Source: Asterias rubens (lineage: Eukaryota). Taken from it: DNA of 64,000 nt. Position numbers and translations under genes: made by a program. The stretch covers positions 19,344,001 through 19,408,000 of the forward strand of contig NC_047066.1 of assembly GCF_902459465.1 (NCBI RefSeq), given 5' to 3'. Positions 62,401 through 64,000 of the stretch are shown here, piece after piece; the first letter of the stretch is position 1; the number at the start of each line of letters is the position of its first letter. The notes beneath the pieces are model-generated. The model made no database searches. It had not been told where the DNA came from and worked only from the letters and a program-made list of their open reading frames with translations.

Positions 62401-64000
62401 CAATTCTAATGATGGGGTTAAATGTTCTGATAGTGTTGGGTCCGTCATAATAATGCTGTTTAGGTCTGGACTTTATAATGAACCTGTGTCACATTTTTGT
62501 TGTCTTTGCAGTTAGCCTGAATATCTGACGTCACGCCTAAAGGCTCATAGACAGGGTCGGACCCCAAGTGTACTTTGCAGTATAAAGCTATGTAAGTTTT
62601 CCCAAAAGTGAGAGAGACAGTTTTTATTGCGCTTTAACACTTCCTGTAAAGTTGTATTTTCATTGGCTTTCTGATTGTCATTGGCCTCTACTTTTTCGTA
62701 ATAATAATAATAAAGGAAACTTGTAATGGACCTAATTAGGCACAGTGCCTATTGTACGGTAATCCTGCCAAAAGTTAATCGGTACATGTATTTTTTTAAG
62801 TATGTTTTTTTTTTCACCTGTAATCATTACGCAGCCGGTCACAATGGCATAAATATCATTTTATGATGGCGCTGATCGTAGTACACAAAACACAAAGTCG
62901 TACTAGTAATAACTCTGACAATACAGACAGAATAAATTTTATAAATGCAAATTTTTAATAGTATGCGATAAGCAGTTGTGCTGTGCACTACACTGAAATG
63001 TAAACATCACCAATAATATTAAAATTTCTAAATTTGGCATAATTTCATGAGATTATATTTACAAAATAATTAGGCCTCCAATTATTATTAGCAGATGCAT
63101 GTGATTAATTTAAGCAAAAGTACAAACATATTATAAACAATATTTTTTACACAAGTTCTGTTGTAAGCTCCTTATTCTTCTAAGGAGACACTTCTCGTAT
63201 CCAAAACCGACTCCAATGAATCCACCCCTTAGCAAAGTACATTTATAATAATAACAAGTTCTTATAAAGCGCATCTCACAATATCAGTCTCAATGCGCTT
63301 TAAATCGTGTCCCTTTTAATCTTTCTCAGCTCCCTGGTAAGTAAATTAGCGTGAAAACATAACAGCGCTGGTTTATTCCCAGGTAATATCATACGGCTCA
63401 CAAAGTATGGTGTTTCCCCCGTTTAGTACAACTTAATTAAATTAACAGTTTGCTATTTGATTTTGTAGCTTAAGGCAGTTAGACAAAGACATTAGCAACA
63501 GATTATGACGCTGGAAATTAGCAGTTTGTGTTCCTTTTAAAATACAGGAAATTAGTCTATTAGGATGAAATTGTTCATTAAAAAACATCACAGTAAATGC
63601 CGAAAAAAAAGAGAAAAAAAAACTTAAGAATAAATCATTAGTAGAAGTAATAGAATTACAACAAAGAGTTTTTTTTAATACAGGTGTCCTCATGTTTTGA
63701 TAAAAAGCCGCACACAATACAGTTCAGTTGAATACACCATTCTTTTGATAAAGCAAATTCTGGGCATTTCATATTGATAGATCAATCAAATAAAATATTC
63801 ATGATAAATAATTAAAGGGTTATAACTATAACTTGATTTAACCCACTGCATCTCTACATAGAACTTAATTCCAATTTGTACCAACAAAAATTAATATTAA
63901 CAAGAAATCCAAAGTAAAAAATAAATGCAAGTAATTTAGCAAATTTCTACAGTGCTTTGTAAATTGAATAAACAGTAGAAACTTGAAAAAATTAATCGAT

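Overview
Intron-rich, AT-rich eukaryotic (metazoan) genomic DNA. An invertebrate deuterostome such as a sea star is my inference from gene structure and repeat landscape; it is not proven. Five multi-exon genes can be assembled by hand with GT-AG junctions in consistent phase: a PIMREG/FAM64A-like gene (+, 6355-10084), BCL7 (-, 13478-18367), SLF1/ANKRD32 (+, 19946-34609, head-to-head with BCL7), NOC4L (+, 36835-45207) and TXNDC17 (+, 47049-48756). An unidentified minus-strand gene probably starts near 5.8 kb and runs toward the left edge. Introns and intergenic DNA are full of MITEs (TTAA/Kolobok-like, CWG/Harbinger-like, an 8-bp-TSD element, an apparent 6-bp-TSD element), tRNA-derived SINEs and 3' fragments of CR1, L2 and RTE LINEs. 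The region 51-64 kb has no recognisable protein gene. It holds a promoter-like segment, duplicated exon-intron-like modules (possible lncRNA) and a 14-bp minisatellite. The most unusual observations are two tandemly duplicated 3' splice sites: four in-frame acceptors before the last BCL7 exon, and a doubled acceptor before the SLF1 start that toggles an overlapping uORF. No CRISPR, rRNA or true tRNA gene was seen. All homology calls come from remembered family motifs, not from database searches.
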